Source: Caldisericia bacterium (GTDB taxonomy: Bacteria; Caldisericota; Caldisericia; UBA6126; JAGPKI01). From it: a DNA stretch of 36,411 nt. A program made the translations under genes and the position numbers. Location: contig JAGPKI010000001.1 in the NCBI GenBank assembly GCA_018054005.1, positions 1 to 36,411 on the forward strand. Direction: 5' to 3'. Positions within the stretch are counted from its first letter, which is position 1. Each line of letters opens with the position of its first letter. Under the pieces are notes generated by a model. It did not search any database and was not told the DNA's origin. It saw nothing but the letters and a program-made list of their open reading frames with translations. Below are positions 5,374 through 15,740 of this stretch, one piece after another.

Positions 5374-6177
5374 TTATTTCGCCTTACTAATTAATTTTTC
5401 TCTTTTTTCAATATATGTTTCTTTATCAATATTAACAAATTCACCTATTATAATCTTTTCATTTAACTCTTCTTGAGATATGTTTTTCGCTTTTTCAATT
5501 GAAATGAGATTATCCTTCTGCCACAAGAGCATTTCTCCGGGTGTTTTCATATCATTTAATCTTCCGTAATAAACGGGGCATTGGGTAACCACTTCTATAA
5601 CAGAGAAACCTTTATGAGTGATTCCGTTCTTAATATATTTTGTAAGTTGAGGAAAAAAGTATGTTCCAATTCTTGCAACATAGGTTGCACCTGCACCTTT
5701 TAAGAGTTCAACAGTGTCGAACTTATTTTCAATATTTCCCATAATTGCTGTTGTTCCTTTTTTGCCTTCTGGTGTTAAAGGTGATATTTGCCCACCTGTC
5801 ATCCCATAAATTGAATTGTTAAAAATAATAACAGTTAGATCGATGTTTCTTCTTGCTGCATGAATTAAATGATTCCCTCCAATAGCGAGTGCATCTCCGT
5901 CGCCTGTCATAACAATAACTTTTTTATCTGGTCTTGTAAGCTTTATACCTGTGGCTAATGGAATTGCTCTTCCATGTAACGAGTGTGCATTGTCAAATTT
6001 TGTGTACATCGGGGTTCTCGATGAACAACCAATTCCAGAAACAATTATTAAATCGTTTTCTTTCAAATTCAAATCTGCAATTGCCGTAAGAGTTGCTCTT
6101 AAAACTATTCCATTACCACATCCAGGGCACCATATAAATGGAAGCCTCTCTTTTCTAATTAAATTATCTACTTTCAC
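5374..6177 (-). CDS. 2-oxoacid:ferredoxin oxidoreductase, beta (TPP-binding) subunit
   Basis: WCPGCGNG N-terminus and the GDGD...GGNH TPP-binding motif. GTG start. Overlaps the alpha subunit by 14 nt. Confidence 0.9.
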   Translation of the reverse strand: MKVDNLIRKERLPFIWCPGCGNGIVLRATLTAIADLNLKENDLIIVSGIGCSSRTPMYTKFDNAHSLHGRAIPLATGIKLTRPDKKVIVMTGDGDALAIGGNHLIHAARRNIDLTVIIFNNSIYGMTGGQISPLTPEGKKGTTAIMGNIENKFDTVELLKGAGATYVARIGTYFFPQLTKYIKNGITHKGFSVIEVVTQCPVYYGRLNDMKTPGEMLLWQKDNLISIEKAKNISQEELNEKIIIGEFVNIDKETYIEKREKLISKAK

Positions 6178-7291
6178 TCGAGATTGCCTCTGTTTCTTTT
6201 AATATTTCTTCAGGAGTGATTAATTCCCCTCCAACTTTACTTATTAAATATACAGGTTTTGTATTACAGATTGCTCTTTTAATTTCATAATATAGCTGTC
6301 CCAAATTTAATTCAACGACAATGACTCTTTTTGCATTTTTCGTAAGGTTAAAAATTGTATCATCACAAAACGGAAATATAGTTTTTAACCTTATCAAACC
6401 AAATTTATTTTCATCATAATAATTTATTATTTCTTTAACAGTTCTACTCACAGCTCCATAAGCTACAAATAGAGTTTCAGCGTCACCATTAATAACTTCA
6501 TATTCAAAGAGTTCATTTTTATGCTTATCAATTTTCCGATAAATTCTCCTAATTAATTGATCTGCTACACAATATTCATCTGTTTGAAAACCAGATTCTT
6601 TGTGAACAAGGCCTGTTATACTTGTTCCAAATCCATCACCTAAATTAGCAATTATAGGGACATCGTCTACTATATTTCCGTATGGTAAATAATTTTCTCT
6701 GTCTGTGGGTGTTTTCCTATTAGTTATTTCTATATCTTCATTGTCATCGATTTCGACATTTTCTCTCATATGTGCTACTACTTCATCTGAGAGTAGTATT
6801 ACCGGATTTCTATAAGTTTCTGCAAGATTGAAAGCTTTTATAGTAAAATAATACATCTCCTTAACAGAATCTGGAGAAATTACTATTATAGGATGATCTC
6901 CATGAGTACCCCATTTGGATTGCATCACATCACCTTGAGCAATTTTTGTGGGTAAGCCAGTAGAGGGTCCACCTCTCATAACATTACAAACAACAATAGG
7001 GGCTTCAACCATACATGCATATCCAATTCCTTCTTGCATGAGTGAAAAACCTGGCCCTGAAGTTGCTGTCATTGATTTTGCTCCTGCAAGTGATGCTCCA
7101 ATTATTGATACAATGCTGGCTAATTCGTCTTCCATTTGTATAAAAACTTTGCCTTCTTTTGTAAGCAAAAAAGACAATATTTCAGCAATTTCTGTCGATG
7201 GAGTTATTGGATAACCCGCAAAATAGCTTAATCCAGCTTTTATTGCACCGTAAGCACATGCTTCTGAGCCTTGCCAGAGTTCTTTAATCAT
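6164..7291 (-). CDS. 2-oxoacid:ferredoxin oxidoreductase, alpha subunit
   Basis: 375 aa with GSEACAYGAIKAG...YPITPSTEI, typical of the OFOR alpha N-terminal domain. Confidence 0.9.
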   Translation of the reverse strand: MIKELWQGSEACAYGAIKAGLSYFAGYPITPSTEIAEILSFLLTKEGKVFIQMEDELASIVSIIGASLAGAKSMTATSGPGFSLMQEGIGYACMVEAPIVVCNVMRGGPSTGLPTKIAQGDVMQSKWGTHGDHPIIVISPDSVKEMYYFTIKAFNLAETYRNPVILLSDEVVAHMRENVEIDDNEDIEITNRKTPTDRENYLPYGNIVDDVPIIANLGDGFGTSITGLVHKESGFQTDEYCVADQLIRRIYRKIDKHKNELFEYEVINGDAETLFVAYGAVSRTVKEIINYYDENKFGLIRLKTIFPFCDDTIFNLTKNAKRVIVVELNLGQLYYEIKRAICNTKPVYLISKVGGELITPEEILKETEAISSESR

Positions 7292-7494
7292 TTGTTTTTA
7301 TCTTCCTTTATAACTTCTATTGCTAAATCAGGACATTCAAACTCACATAGAAAACATCCACTACATTTTGAAATGTCATCAATTTCTATTTCTTGCGTAA
7401 TGTTTTGTTTTAATACATTTTTAGGGCATAAAACTACACATATACCACAATTTTTGCATCTTTCTTTGTTAATTTTTATTTCTTTAATCTTCAA
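7288..7494 (-). CDS. 2-oxoacid:ferredoxin oxidoreductase, delta subunit (2x[4Fe-4S] ferredoxin)
   Basis: 68 aa with two CxxCxxCxxxCP motifs (CKNCGICVVLCP, CSGCFLCEFECP). TTG start. Overlaps the alpha subunit by 4 nt. Confidence 0.85.
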   Translation of the reverse strand: MKIKEIKINKERCKNCGICVVLCPKNVLKQNITQEIEIDDISKCSGCFLCEFECPDLAIEVIKEDKNK

Positions 7495-7533
7495 ATTTAT
7501 CTTCCATCTTTCAGCATAAATAAACCATTATTG

Positions 7534-7562
7534 TATTTAATATAATAAATATAAATTGTCAA
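7534..7562 (-). promoter_or_regulatory. candidate promoter of the oxidoreductase operon
   Basis: On the minus strand there is a perfect TTGACA (7562-7557), a 17-nt spacer and a weak TAAATA (7539-7534). It lies in the 71-nt gap between the sbcC stop and the delta-subunit start. Confidence 0.35.
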
Positions 7563-7565
7563 ATT

Positions 7566-10553
7566 TTAAGAGTTTTCATAATAAATCTTTGAAATACCGT
7601 TCTCTTTTACAACTCTTAGATGTGTTTCAAAATAGTCTTTTAATTCGTTCATATGTGTAATAACTAATATTTTTTCGAACTCATTAGTAATTTTTTCTAT
7701 ACATTCAATAAATCTAAATATACCTTCTCTATCCTGTGTTCCAAATCCTTCATCGATTATAAGCATAGAGAGTTTTGCTCCTGATTTATTCGCAAGCACA
7801 TAAGAAAGAGCAATACGAATAGCAATATCTACTTTAAATTTTTCACCACCACTAAACAATTCATAGGATCTATTTTCTCCTTCACTTGAAATTTCTATAT
7901 CTAAGGTTTCTTTTGAATCTCCCTTCTTTGTTTTTGATTCTACTTTAAAATAGACCTGCAACCTACCGTCAGAGATTATATCAAGAATTTGATTTGCCTT
8001 TTCTTCTATTTCTGGCAGTGTATTCTCAATTATAAAGGCTGGGATACCATTCTTTCCATATATTATAGATGCTGTCATTAAAAGTTTTTCGTCTTTTAAT
8101 AGATTTTCTAATTCTTTATTCTTGCTAATATAATCTTTTTCCATTTCCTTAAATGTTTTTATATTTTCTTCTTTTAAGGCTTGAGCTTTGATAAGATTAT
8201 CACGATCCAACAAGAGAGCATCCGTTTCTCTTGTGTAGTTATCCCTAAGTGTTACGATCTTTTCTATAAGAGATTCATCAACATTAATTAATTTAAGTTC
8301 ATCGGTTAATTTATTCATTTCATTTTGTACTATCTCTATTTTTTCTTTTAAACTATTTACAGTTGTTGTTAAAATCTCCTTTTCGTGAATTTTTTCATCT
8401 AATAACTTCTTTTTCTTTTCAACATACTGGAAATTCTCAATGTTGCTCTTTAATTCTTTATGTAAAGAAGCATCATAATGAATGTTATACAATTTCCTTT
8501 GAAGTTCATCCAATTTCTCTCTTGCTTCAAGAGCAAAATCTCTTGTTTCAAGTTTTCTTGATATGGTTAAAAGCTCCTTTGCAACATGTGGAAGCTTTTC
8601 TTCTGCCTCTCTTACTTTGGATAGTTGAGCTTGAAGTTCTCCTAAAGAAGTTAATAGGTAGTTTTCGGCTAAGAGTTTATTTAAATATTCGTTGTACTGC
8701 TTCTCAGTAGTTGTTCTCTTTGAATATAGTTCGATTAATTTACCTTCTTGTCTTGTTATATCTGATTGATAATGCATTTCGGCCGTTTTAATGCTTAACA
8801 ATTCATCATTCAATGAATAAGTTTGCTCTCTTGCATTTGTTAAGCTCGCTTTTTTTTCCATTAATTCTGCTTCTAAGAGTATAGATTTCTTTAAATTCTC
8901 CTTTAGTAATTCTTTTTCAATAATATTTTTTTCTCTAAGTTCTATTTTCTTTTTTGCATCCTCAATAAATTCTTTTTTTTGCTCTATTTCCCTTTTATAA
9001 TTTAAAATTAATTCTGTTCTTTTTTCTTCGCTTATATTCGAACCACATACTGGACAATGCTTTATTTCTCCTTCTTTTGATAATATTGCCAAACTCTCGT
9101 TTAATGAAGAAATAATTTTTATGGTTTCATCTATTTGTAACTTAATGGAGCCAATCTTACCTGATTCACTTAATAGATCAGCGTTTAGTATATCAAGCTT
9201 AGATTTGTTTTCTTTTATTGCTTTTAATTGTTCGTTAATAGTTTGCTCTTCCCTTAAGAATTTTTCAATATTTAGAATCTTTTCTTCGATTTCTTTCTTT
9301 CTGATTTTTGTATCTTCAAGATTTTTTCTTAAGTTTGCTAAGTCAGCTTCTGTAGTTGCAATAGCTAAATTGATATCATTTAAAGTTTTTTCAATCTCTC
9401 CTTTTTTCGCCCTGATTCTTTCCAATTCTTTTAGTTCGCTTTGAACTGATTGAATTTTAAGATTTATAGTCATGAATTTATCCTTTTCGCTCATATAAAT
9501 ACTTTTTTCTTTATCTAATTCGGCTTGCTTTAAGGATAATTCATGCTCCTCATCTGATATCTTTTTTTTAAGATCATCTATCTCTTTTTCAACTCTCACC
9601 TTATTTTCAAAACTCTCTGCCATTTTTCTTTCACGTTCTAAATAAGAAATAAACCTCTGGTAATTAGTTTCAATTTCATTTTGCAATAATATAATTTTTT
9701 GTGCTTCGTTAATCTGCTTTATGTATTTATCTTTTTCCTCTGTTAATGAATTTAAATTTTCTTCCTCTCTTTTTAATCTTTCTAAAATATTGGATTTTTT
9801 CACCATTTCTTGTTTTGCTATATCCAATTTTTTATAGGTTTCTGTAAGTTTCGCTTTCAAATCATTAATTTTGTCTTCTTTTTCTTTAATAACTACATTT
9901 AATTCAGATAATTCTTTCTCTAATACTTGTTGTTTATCTAGACTCTCTTTCATCGGTTTTATTAATGTTTTTAGAGAATCAATTTTAGAAAGTACTTCTT
10001 TTCTCTTATCACGAGCTAAATTACATAGTTTTTCATAAATATTAAGACCCAAAATGTCGTACAATAGTTCTTTTCTTTCAGATGGATCCTTTCTTGTAAA
10101 ACTATCTGCCTTTCCTTGCATAATCATTACAGAAGAAACAAATAGTTCGTAGTTTGCTTTTATAACTGAATATATTAATTCTTGGGTGGCTTTTATTGTA
10201 GATTTAGAGATATTTATCCACCCATCACCATTTTTTTTAAAAAACTCTAATTCAGTTGACTGTTTTACTTTATCTCTCTTTCTAATAACATTATACTGAA
10301 TACCGTCAACCGAGAAAAGAAAATCAGTTTTTAAGTAATGTTCTCCTGTAAAAATTAATCTATCACTATTATCTCCACTTTTACTCGTTCCTCTCGCTAC
10401 TCCAAAAAGTGCATAAGTCATCCCATCAAGAATGGATGATTTTCCAGCGCCATTATCGCCAATTATTACAGCTGAATGAAATTTGCTAAAATCAATCTTA
10501 GTCACTCCTTTATATGAAAGAAAGTTTTCTAAAGTTATTTCTTCAGGAATCAT
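7566..10553 (-). CDS. sbcC: DNA double-strand-break repair ATPase SbcC (Rad50 family)
   Basis: 995 aa with Walker A GDNGAGKSS, a very long coiled coil, a central CPVCG zinc hook, and C-terminal SGGEK plus LIIDEGFG. Confidence 0.92.
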   Translation of the reverse strand: MIPEEITLENFLSYKGVTKIDFSKFHSAVIIGDNGAGKSSILDGMTYALFGVARGTSKSGDNSDRLIFTGEHYLKTDFLFSVDGIQYNVIRKRDKVKQSTELEFFKKNGDGWINISKSTIKATQELIYSVIKANYELFVSSVMIMQGKADSFTRKDPSERKELLYDILGLNIYEKLCNLARDKRKEVLSKIDSLKTLIKPMKESLDKQQVLEKELSELNVVIKEKEDKINDLKAKLTETYKKLDIAKQEMVKKSNILERLKREEENLNSLTEEKDKYIKQINEAQKIILLQNEIETNYQRFISYLERERKMAESFENKVRVEKEIDDLKKKISDEEHELSLKQAELDKEKSIYMSEKDKFMTINLKIQSVQSELKELERIRAKKGEIEKTLNDINLAIATTEADLANLRKNLEDTKIRKKEIEEKILNIEKFLREEQTINEQLKAIKENKSKLDILNADLLSESGKIGSIKLQIDETIKIISSLNESLAILSKEGEIKHCPVCGSNISEEKRTELILNYKREIEQKKEFIEDAKKKIELREKNIIEKELLKENLKKSILLEAELMEKKASLTNAREQTYSLNDELLSIKTAEMHYQSDITRQEGKLIELYSKRTTTEKQYNEYLNKLLAENYLLTSLGELQAQLSKVREAEEKLPHVAKELLTISRKLETRDFALEAREKLDELQRKLYNIHYDASLHKELKSNIENFQYVEKKKKLLDEKIHEKEILTTTVNSLKEKIEIVQNEMNKLTDELKLINVDESLIEKIVTLRDNYTRETDALLLDRDNLIKAQALKEENIKTFKEMEKDYISKNKELENLLKDEKLLMTASIIYGKNGIPAFIIENTLPEIEEKANQILDIISDGRLQVYFKVESKTKKGDSKETLDIEISSEGENRSYELFSGGEKFKVDIAIRIALSYVLANKSGAKLSMLIIDEGFGTQDREGIFRFIECIEKITNEFEKILVITHMNELKDYFETHLRVVKENGISKIYYENS

Positions 10554-11785
10554 TGGGTTTCTTTAATTTCCTTTAGCAAATCAAAAGTTAATCTAACTAA
10601 CTCATCTTTGTTTTCTTTAATGAATGGGTCATCAGTTACAGATATATATCTATTAAGTGCATCAAGCGGATCTCCTTCATTTGTTAATCCGTCAATACGA
10701 GTTTGTTTTTTTGCTTTTCTTTCAATTTTTATGGTAGAAAGGATAAAACAATTATTAGATACAGCTTTTCGAATTTCCTGTTCATCAATTGAAATAGATG
10801 GATCATTAAGAATTATATTAAGTTTTACAATATCAGAAGTAGTGCATTTTTTCTTTACTTCTCTAATAATAACTTTTTTAATATCTTTATCATCTCCAAT
10901 TTCGACATTCAATGTAATAAATTTCCTTTGTTCTGGTATTGAAATAAAATTAGTTTCTAAGGAATTGTTATCAATCTCTAAAAGTATAAAACCATGATCG
11001 AAATCAGCTTCGCCAAAATCAATTGTGTCAATACTTCCACAATATGCAATATTTTTCAAATTATTAATATATTGAGGTTTATGTATATGTCCTAAAGCAA
11101 CATATGAAAATATATCATTATTAAGTAAATCTAAAGAAATATATATTTCGTTGCCTATAATCGCTGGTCTCCAGTTCTGATATATCGCTTCTCTAACTGT
11201 AAGATGCGCAGTTAAAATAGCTGGATAATTAGGATCTACCCCTTTTTCCAAATCAATTAAAAGGTTTTTAATCATTAGTTCCTTCAATTCTTCTTTTTCT
11301 TGTTCTTTAATAGAATAGTTTCTAAAAACCTCTTTCATCTTGTTTTTGTCAATGTAAGGTAAGCCAACCACCTGAACAATTCCCGATTTTGTATGTACTT
11401 GAAATAAAGACGGCTCATCTATTACGTAAATATTTGGTATTTTTAATTCTTTGAATATTTGTAAAGATGATATTCTTCTTATAGTAGTCAGAGAGTCATG
11501 ATTGCCAATCAGAAGAACAACAGAAATATTTGCTTCAAGTAATTTTACAAGTCTTTTCGTAAATTCATTTTGTATATAAATTGATGGTTCTCTTTGTTCA
11601 TATATATCACCAGCAATGAGGAACAAATCAACATTTTGATTAATAGAATAATCAATAATATAATCAAGAGATTTTAAAAAATCATTGACCCTTGTATTAA
11701 CTGGTAGAATTTCATCATTTTTTCCATAACTTTCTATTCCTAAGTGTAGATCTCCAGTATGAACTATTTTAATTCCATGATTCAT
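10550..11785 (-). CDS. sbcD: nuclease SbcD (Mre11 family)
   Basis: HTGDLHLG, AGDIYE, GNHDS and GHIHKPQ are calcineurin-like phosphoesterase motifs. It overlaps sbcC by 4 nt. Confidence 0.92.
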   Translation of the reverse strand: MNHGIKIVHTGDLHLGIESYGKNDEILPVNTRVNDFLKSLDYIIDYSINQNVDLFLIAGDIYEQREPSIYIQNEFTKRLVKLLEANISVVLLIGNHDSLTTIRRISSLQIFKELKIPNIYVIDEPSLFQVHTKSGIVQVVGLPYIDKNKMKEVFRNYSIKEQEKEELKELMIKNLLIDLEKGVDPNYPAILTAHLTVREAIYQNWRPAIIGNEIYISLDLLNNDIFSYVALGHIHKPQYINNLKNIAYCGSIDTIDFGEADFDHGFILLEIDNNSLETNFISIPEQRKFITLNVEIGDDKDIKKVIIREVKKKCTTSDIVKLNIILNDPSISIDEQEIRKAVSNNCFILSTIKIERKAKKQTRIDGLTNEGDPLDALNRYISVTDDPFIKENKDELVRLTFDLLKEIKETQ

Positions 11786-12015
11786 TTCTTTTGCTTAAGA
11801 CTTTCCTTTATCTGAAGATCGGCAGTCAAACTATAATTTTCATCATCTCTTTGCTCTATGACAACTTTTATTTTCCTTTTATCAATATCTAAGTATTTTG
11901 CAATAATAGAACCAAGCTCTTTTTTTAATACTCTAAATGAACCAGGGGAGAGAATTTCTCTATCTTGAGAAATTATTCCTTTAAGCCTTTTCGAGGCAAT
12001 ATTTCCACTTTTCAT
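11782..12015 (-). CDS. minE: cell division topological specificity factor MinE
   Basis: 77 aa, located directly after minD. The N-terminal KRLKGIISQDR resembles MinE. AAGGAG SD. Confidence 0.8.
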   Translation of the reverse strand: MKSGNIASKRLKGIISQDREILSPGSFRVLKKELGSIIAKYLDIDKRKIKVVIEQRDDENYSLTADLQIKESLKQKK

Positions 12016-12037
12016 AATATTTTATCTCCTTTAAAGG

Positions 12038-12850
12038 TTATTTCCTTTCAAATGTCTTTTTAACTTTGTTCCATAGATTCTCACTCTTAGAATCGTTTTC
12101 GCTATTAAGAGTAGTTACCGGTATTTTTTCTCCGGTTAACCTTTTTGCAATATTTATGAAAACAGACGATAAATCCTTATCCTTAGAAAAAGGAATTGGT
12201 TTACCGACATTAGAAGCAATAATTATTTTATAATTATCAGGAATTACACCAATCAATTTTACACCAAGAATTTCTATAATGTCCTGTATTGAAATTATTT
12301 CTTTCTTTTTTAGTAAATCTAAGTTAATTTTGTTTATTATAAGTTCTATTTTTCTGACTTTATCATTTTCTATAATGCCTATCACTCTATCTGCATCTCT
12401 TACTGATGAAACATCGGGATTAACAACAATAATTGCTCTATCAGCGTTTTTTACAGAGATACTAAATCCATATTCTATTCCCGCAGGACAGTCAATGATT
12501 GTATAATCATATCTTTTTTTAAGCTCATTTATTAATTTTTGAAAACTTTCTTTATCAATATCTTCTTTTTTATGAGCTTGTGAAGCAGCAAGAAGAAAAA
12601 GTTTTCCTTTTACTCTTTTATCTTCAGTTAGAGCTTCATCAAGGCTACATAAACCTCTAAGAACATCAACTAAATTCCTTTTAGATTTTGATTCTAAACC
12701 CATCACTATATCAAGATTTCTAAGTCCTATATCAGCATCCACGAGAGCAACGCTGTGTCCTAATTGAGCAAGTGCTACACCAACATTTGCTACTATTGTT
12801 GTTTTACCTACTCCACCCTTACCTGAAGTTACTACAATTGACTCATTCAT
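12038..12850 (-). CDS. minD: septum site-determining ATPase MinD
   Basis: Deviant Walker A SGKGGVGKTT and a ParA/MinD fold. The neighbours are minC and minE. Confidence 0.93.
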   Translation of the reverse strand: MNESIVVTSGKGGVGKTTIVANVGVALAQLGHSVALVDADIGLRNLDIVMGLESKSKRNLVDVLRGLCSLDEALTEDKRVKGKLFLLAASQAHKKEDIDKESFQKLINELKKRYDYTIIDCPAGIEYGFSISVKNADRAIIVVNPDVSSVRDADRVIGIIENDKVRKIELIINKINLDLLKKKEIISIQDIIEILGVKLIGVIPDNYKIIIASNVGKPIPFSKDKDLSSVFINIAKRLTGEKIPVTTLNSENDSKSENLWNKVKKTFERK

Positions 12851-13478
12851 CTAAAATTTTAGATACCACATTTATTTTTATTTCCTGGTCCATTACCTTT
12901 GCAAAACAAAAATTATTTTTGCTTTTTTCGTCAATAGAATCCAGTTCCAAAATTTTATCCCCTATAGACAAAGCAAGTGGGGTAAAACCATTCGCAGTTA
13001 TAATGCATCTTTCAATATCAGGGTGTCCTGCATGAGCTTCACCTCGCAATTTTCCATATATATATATAGATCCTGAAGAAATAACTGATGCACCAGGATT
13101 AACGTCGCCAAAAACAATTACATCTGAATTACTTTGAATAACCTGACCAGCCCTAAGAGTTCTCTCTATGACTAGTGGATATTCCAACTCCTTTTTTTCT
13201 TCTTTATCCTCTTTTAATCTATAGGGAGTAACTTCTAATTTTAATTTATCACGTATCAATTTTCTTGCCATTCCTATTTCATCAGAATCAAGAGGTCTTT
13301 TCATTCCATCAATAAATATGTTTGCACCAGTAAAAAACTTTTTATTCTCTTTTAGTTTTTGGATAGTCTTTTTTATGACCTTTTCATAATCTTTAAAATT
13401 AGTGTCTATTAAAATCAAAACACCATTTTCTATACCTCTAAACATAACAACATTATCAGGAGTAGCTCTATTTGCCAT
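12843..13478 (-). CDS. minC: septum site-determining protein MinC
   Basis: 211 aa with a C-terminal beta-helix repeat (VIVFGDVNPGASVISSGSIYIYGKLRGEAHAG). Located upstream of minD with an 8-nt overlap. Confidence 0.85.
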   Translation of the reverse strand: MANRATPDNVVMFRGIENGVLILIDTNFKDYEKVIKKTIQKLKENKKFFTGANIFIDGMKRPLDSDEIGMARKLIRDKLKLEVTPYRLKEDKEEKKELEYPLVIERTLRAGQVIQSNSDVIVFGDVNPGASVISSGSIYIYGKLRGEAHAGHPDIERCIITANGFTPLALSIGDKILELDSIDEKSKNNFCFAKVMDQEIKINVVSKILDE

Positions 13479-13483
13479 TATTT

Positions 13484-15265
13484 CTACCTCTTATTAGTAT
13501 TATATTCATTTTTATAATATAAAAGTATATTTTTCATATAAGGAGTTAGTTCACTTGCAAATTCATATTTTGAATTTTCAAACATTATTAGTGCTACAAT
13601 TTGAGGGTCATCGGCAGGAAAAATTGATATCAACCACAAATGTTCCCCATTGGGTCCTTCTGCAGTCCCAGTTTTAGCAGCTACTTTTACTCCATCAACA
13701 TTTAATCCATAAGCAGTTCCTCCTACTTCAGTTACACCTTTGAGATAATCTATTATAATATCACAATATTTATTTTCTATAGGATAATTCTCCTCTTTTA
13801 TATCATAATAATTGTAAAAAGTTTTATTGCTTTCAGTTTTAAGGAGTAAGTGTGGTACTACCTCCTTTCCTCTATTTGCAATTTTTAAGTAAAGTTTTGA
13901 CATTTGTAAAGGAGTCACGAGTATATATCCCTGACCGATACCAATATTCATAGAATCTCCCTCAAACCATTCATCTCCAATATACTTTTTCTTCCAGGTC
14001 GGACTACCTAAAAAGCCTTCATCTTCATAAGGTAGATCAATTCCGGTTTTTTTTGTAATACCTCCAAATTTAATTGCAAACTCGATAAAATTTTCAAATT
14101 TAAAATCTCTTGCAAGTTGGTAGAAAAATATATCACAAGAATATTTTAGTGCATCTTTTAAATTTAACCATCCATGAGAGGAAGGAAATACCCAACATTT
14201 ATATTTTTCTTCCATTCCTTTAATATTTAAAGAACCACTACATAAATATTTCGTTTCCAAATTTATGATATTTCTACTTAAAGCATATAATGATATAAGA
14301 GGCTTAAAGGTTGAGCCTGGAGGATATACCCCTTGTATTGCAATATTGAAGAATGCCCTTTTATTACTTAGTGATTGCCATTCTTCGTAAGATATATCTT
14401 TTGAGAATATATTTGGATCAAATGAAGGATTTGATGCACATGCAAGTATTTCTCCTTTTTTTGCATCAATTATAATTCCTGTACCATAATTATCACCAAT
14501 TACTTCTTCAACTTTTTTCTGTAAATTAAGATCAATTGTGAGAAATATATTTTCTCCCTTTTTTGATGGTTTTTCTTCCATTTCATCAAGAACTTTGCCA
14601 TTTGCACTGACAATTTGAACTATTTTGCCCTTCTCCCCATGAATTAAATTCTCATAGTATTTTTCTATACCAGATTTACCAACTCTCTCATTTAAAGTCA
14701 AATTATTATAAATTTCTAATTCAGAAGAAGAAGCTAATCCAGTGTAGCCTAATACATGAGCTAAAGTTTTTCCGTTAGGATAATAACGCTTATAGCTTTC
14801 CTCGATAGTTGCACCTTTCAAATTAAAAGATAATTCATTAAATCGAGCAATTTCTTCACTGCTTAAGTTACTTTTGATTAAGTAGGAATCATTATTTAAA
14901 TCTTTTTCTGATAATATTTTATTAAGTTTAGTTTTGTCTAAATCTATACACGAAGTTAAAATATCTGTAAAAGAATCAGTGTCTTTAATCATAGTTGGTG
15001 ATATATAAAGGTCAAAAGTAGGAAGATCTGTAGCAAGTTCTTTTCCGTTTCTATCAAATATAGTTCCTCTTGGACAATTTATACTTATATATCTTTTATG
15101 GTTATCGATCGAAAGATTAGTAAAGTAATCAGTGTTAAATCCTTGAATATTTATAATTTTAACCAATATTGTTACAAATAAGCAAATAATTGAAACATAA
15201 AGTAAAACTTGTTTCCAAAAAGCAATTTCCTGCTTTACTAGAGTTATCTTTTTATACTCATTCAT
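13484..15265 (-). CDS. mrdA: penicillin-binding protein 2 (elongasome transpeptidase)
   Basis: 593 aa with an N-terminal TM helix, the SxxK motif (GSTFKP) and the KTGT motif. It follows mreBCD. Confidence 0.9.
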   Translation of the reverse strand: MNEYKKITLVKQEIAFWKQVLLYVSIICLFVTILVKIINIQGFNTDYFTNLSIDNHKRYISINCPRGTIFDRNGKELATDLPTFDLYISPTMIKDTDSFTDILTSCIDLDKTKLNKILSEKDLNNDSYLIKSNLSSEEIARFNELSFNLKGATIEESYKRYYPNGKTLAHVLGYTGLASSSELEIYNNLTLNERVGKSGIEKYYENLIHGEKGKIVQIVSANGKVLDEMEEKPSKKGENIFLTIDLNLQKKVEEVIGDNYGTGIIIDAKKGEILACASNPSFDPNIFSKDISYEEWQSLSNKRAFFNIAIQGVYPPGSTFKPLISLYALSRNIINLETKYLCSGSLNIKGMEEKYKCWVFPSSHGWLNLKDALKYSCDIFFYQLARDFKFENFIEFAIKFGGITKKTGIDLPYEDEGFLGSPTWKKKYIGDEWFEGDSMNIGIGQGYILVTPLQMSKLYLKIANRGKEVVPHLLLKTESNKTFYNYYDIKEENYPIENKYCDIIIDYLKGVTEVGGTAYGLNVDGVKVAAKTGTAEGPNGEHLWLISIFPADDPQIVALIMFENSKYEFASELTPYMKNILLYYKNEYNTNKR

Positions 15266-15266
15266 T

Positions 15267-15740
15267 TTACCTATTATTTTGTCCTTTTATTCCAAAATTT
15301 AATAGATTAAATAAACCTTTAAGTATATTAATCAAAAAGACCCATATAACCAAATGAATTAATAAAGTAGATATAATTTGATAAAAACTACCATTCGAAC
15401 TTATAAGCCTTACTTCAAAAAAGAGAAAAATGATAGATATTAAAAGTGTCAAAATTATATTTTCTAAATTTAGAAATCTTTCCAAAATAAATAATGTTAA
15501 AATTGATAAAGAATATAATAAAAATAATGGTATTATTTCTACATCTAAAAGAAAAAACGATTTGAAAATTGTTATTACTATAAGGTATAGAAAAGCTCGA
15601 TCTTTAAATAATGAAGTTAAGAAATTAATGTAAAAAAGAGAAAAATCAAAAATTATAAATCCTTTTGCAAACATTGGCAAAGCTGAAACATCAAGTAAAA
15701 CAAAAAAAAGCCCTAAAATTATTGCTAAAAAATCAATCAT
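15267..15740 (-). CDS. mreD: rod shape-determining protein MreD
   Basis: 157-aa polytopic membrane protein immediately after mreC. Confidence 0.75.
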   Translation of the reverse strand: MIDFLAIILGLFFVLLDVSALPMFAKGFIIFDFSLFYINFLTSLFKDRAFLYLIVITIFKSFFLLDVEIIPLFLLYSLSILTLFILERFLNLENIILTLLISIIFLFFEVRLISSNGSFYQIISTLLIHLVIWVFLINILKGLFNLLNFGIKGQNNR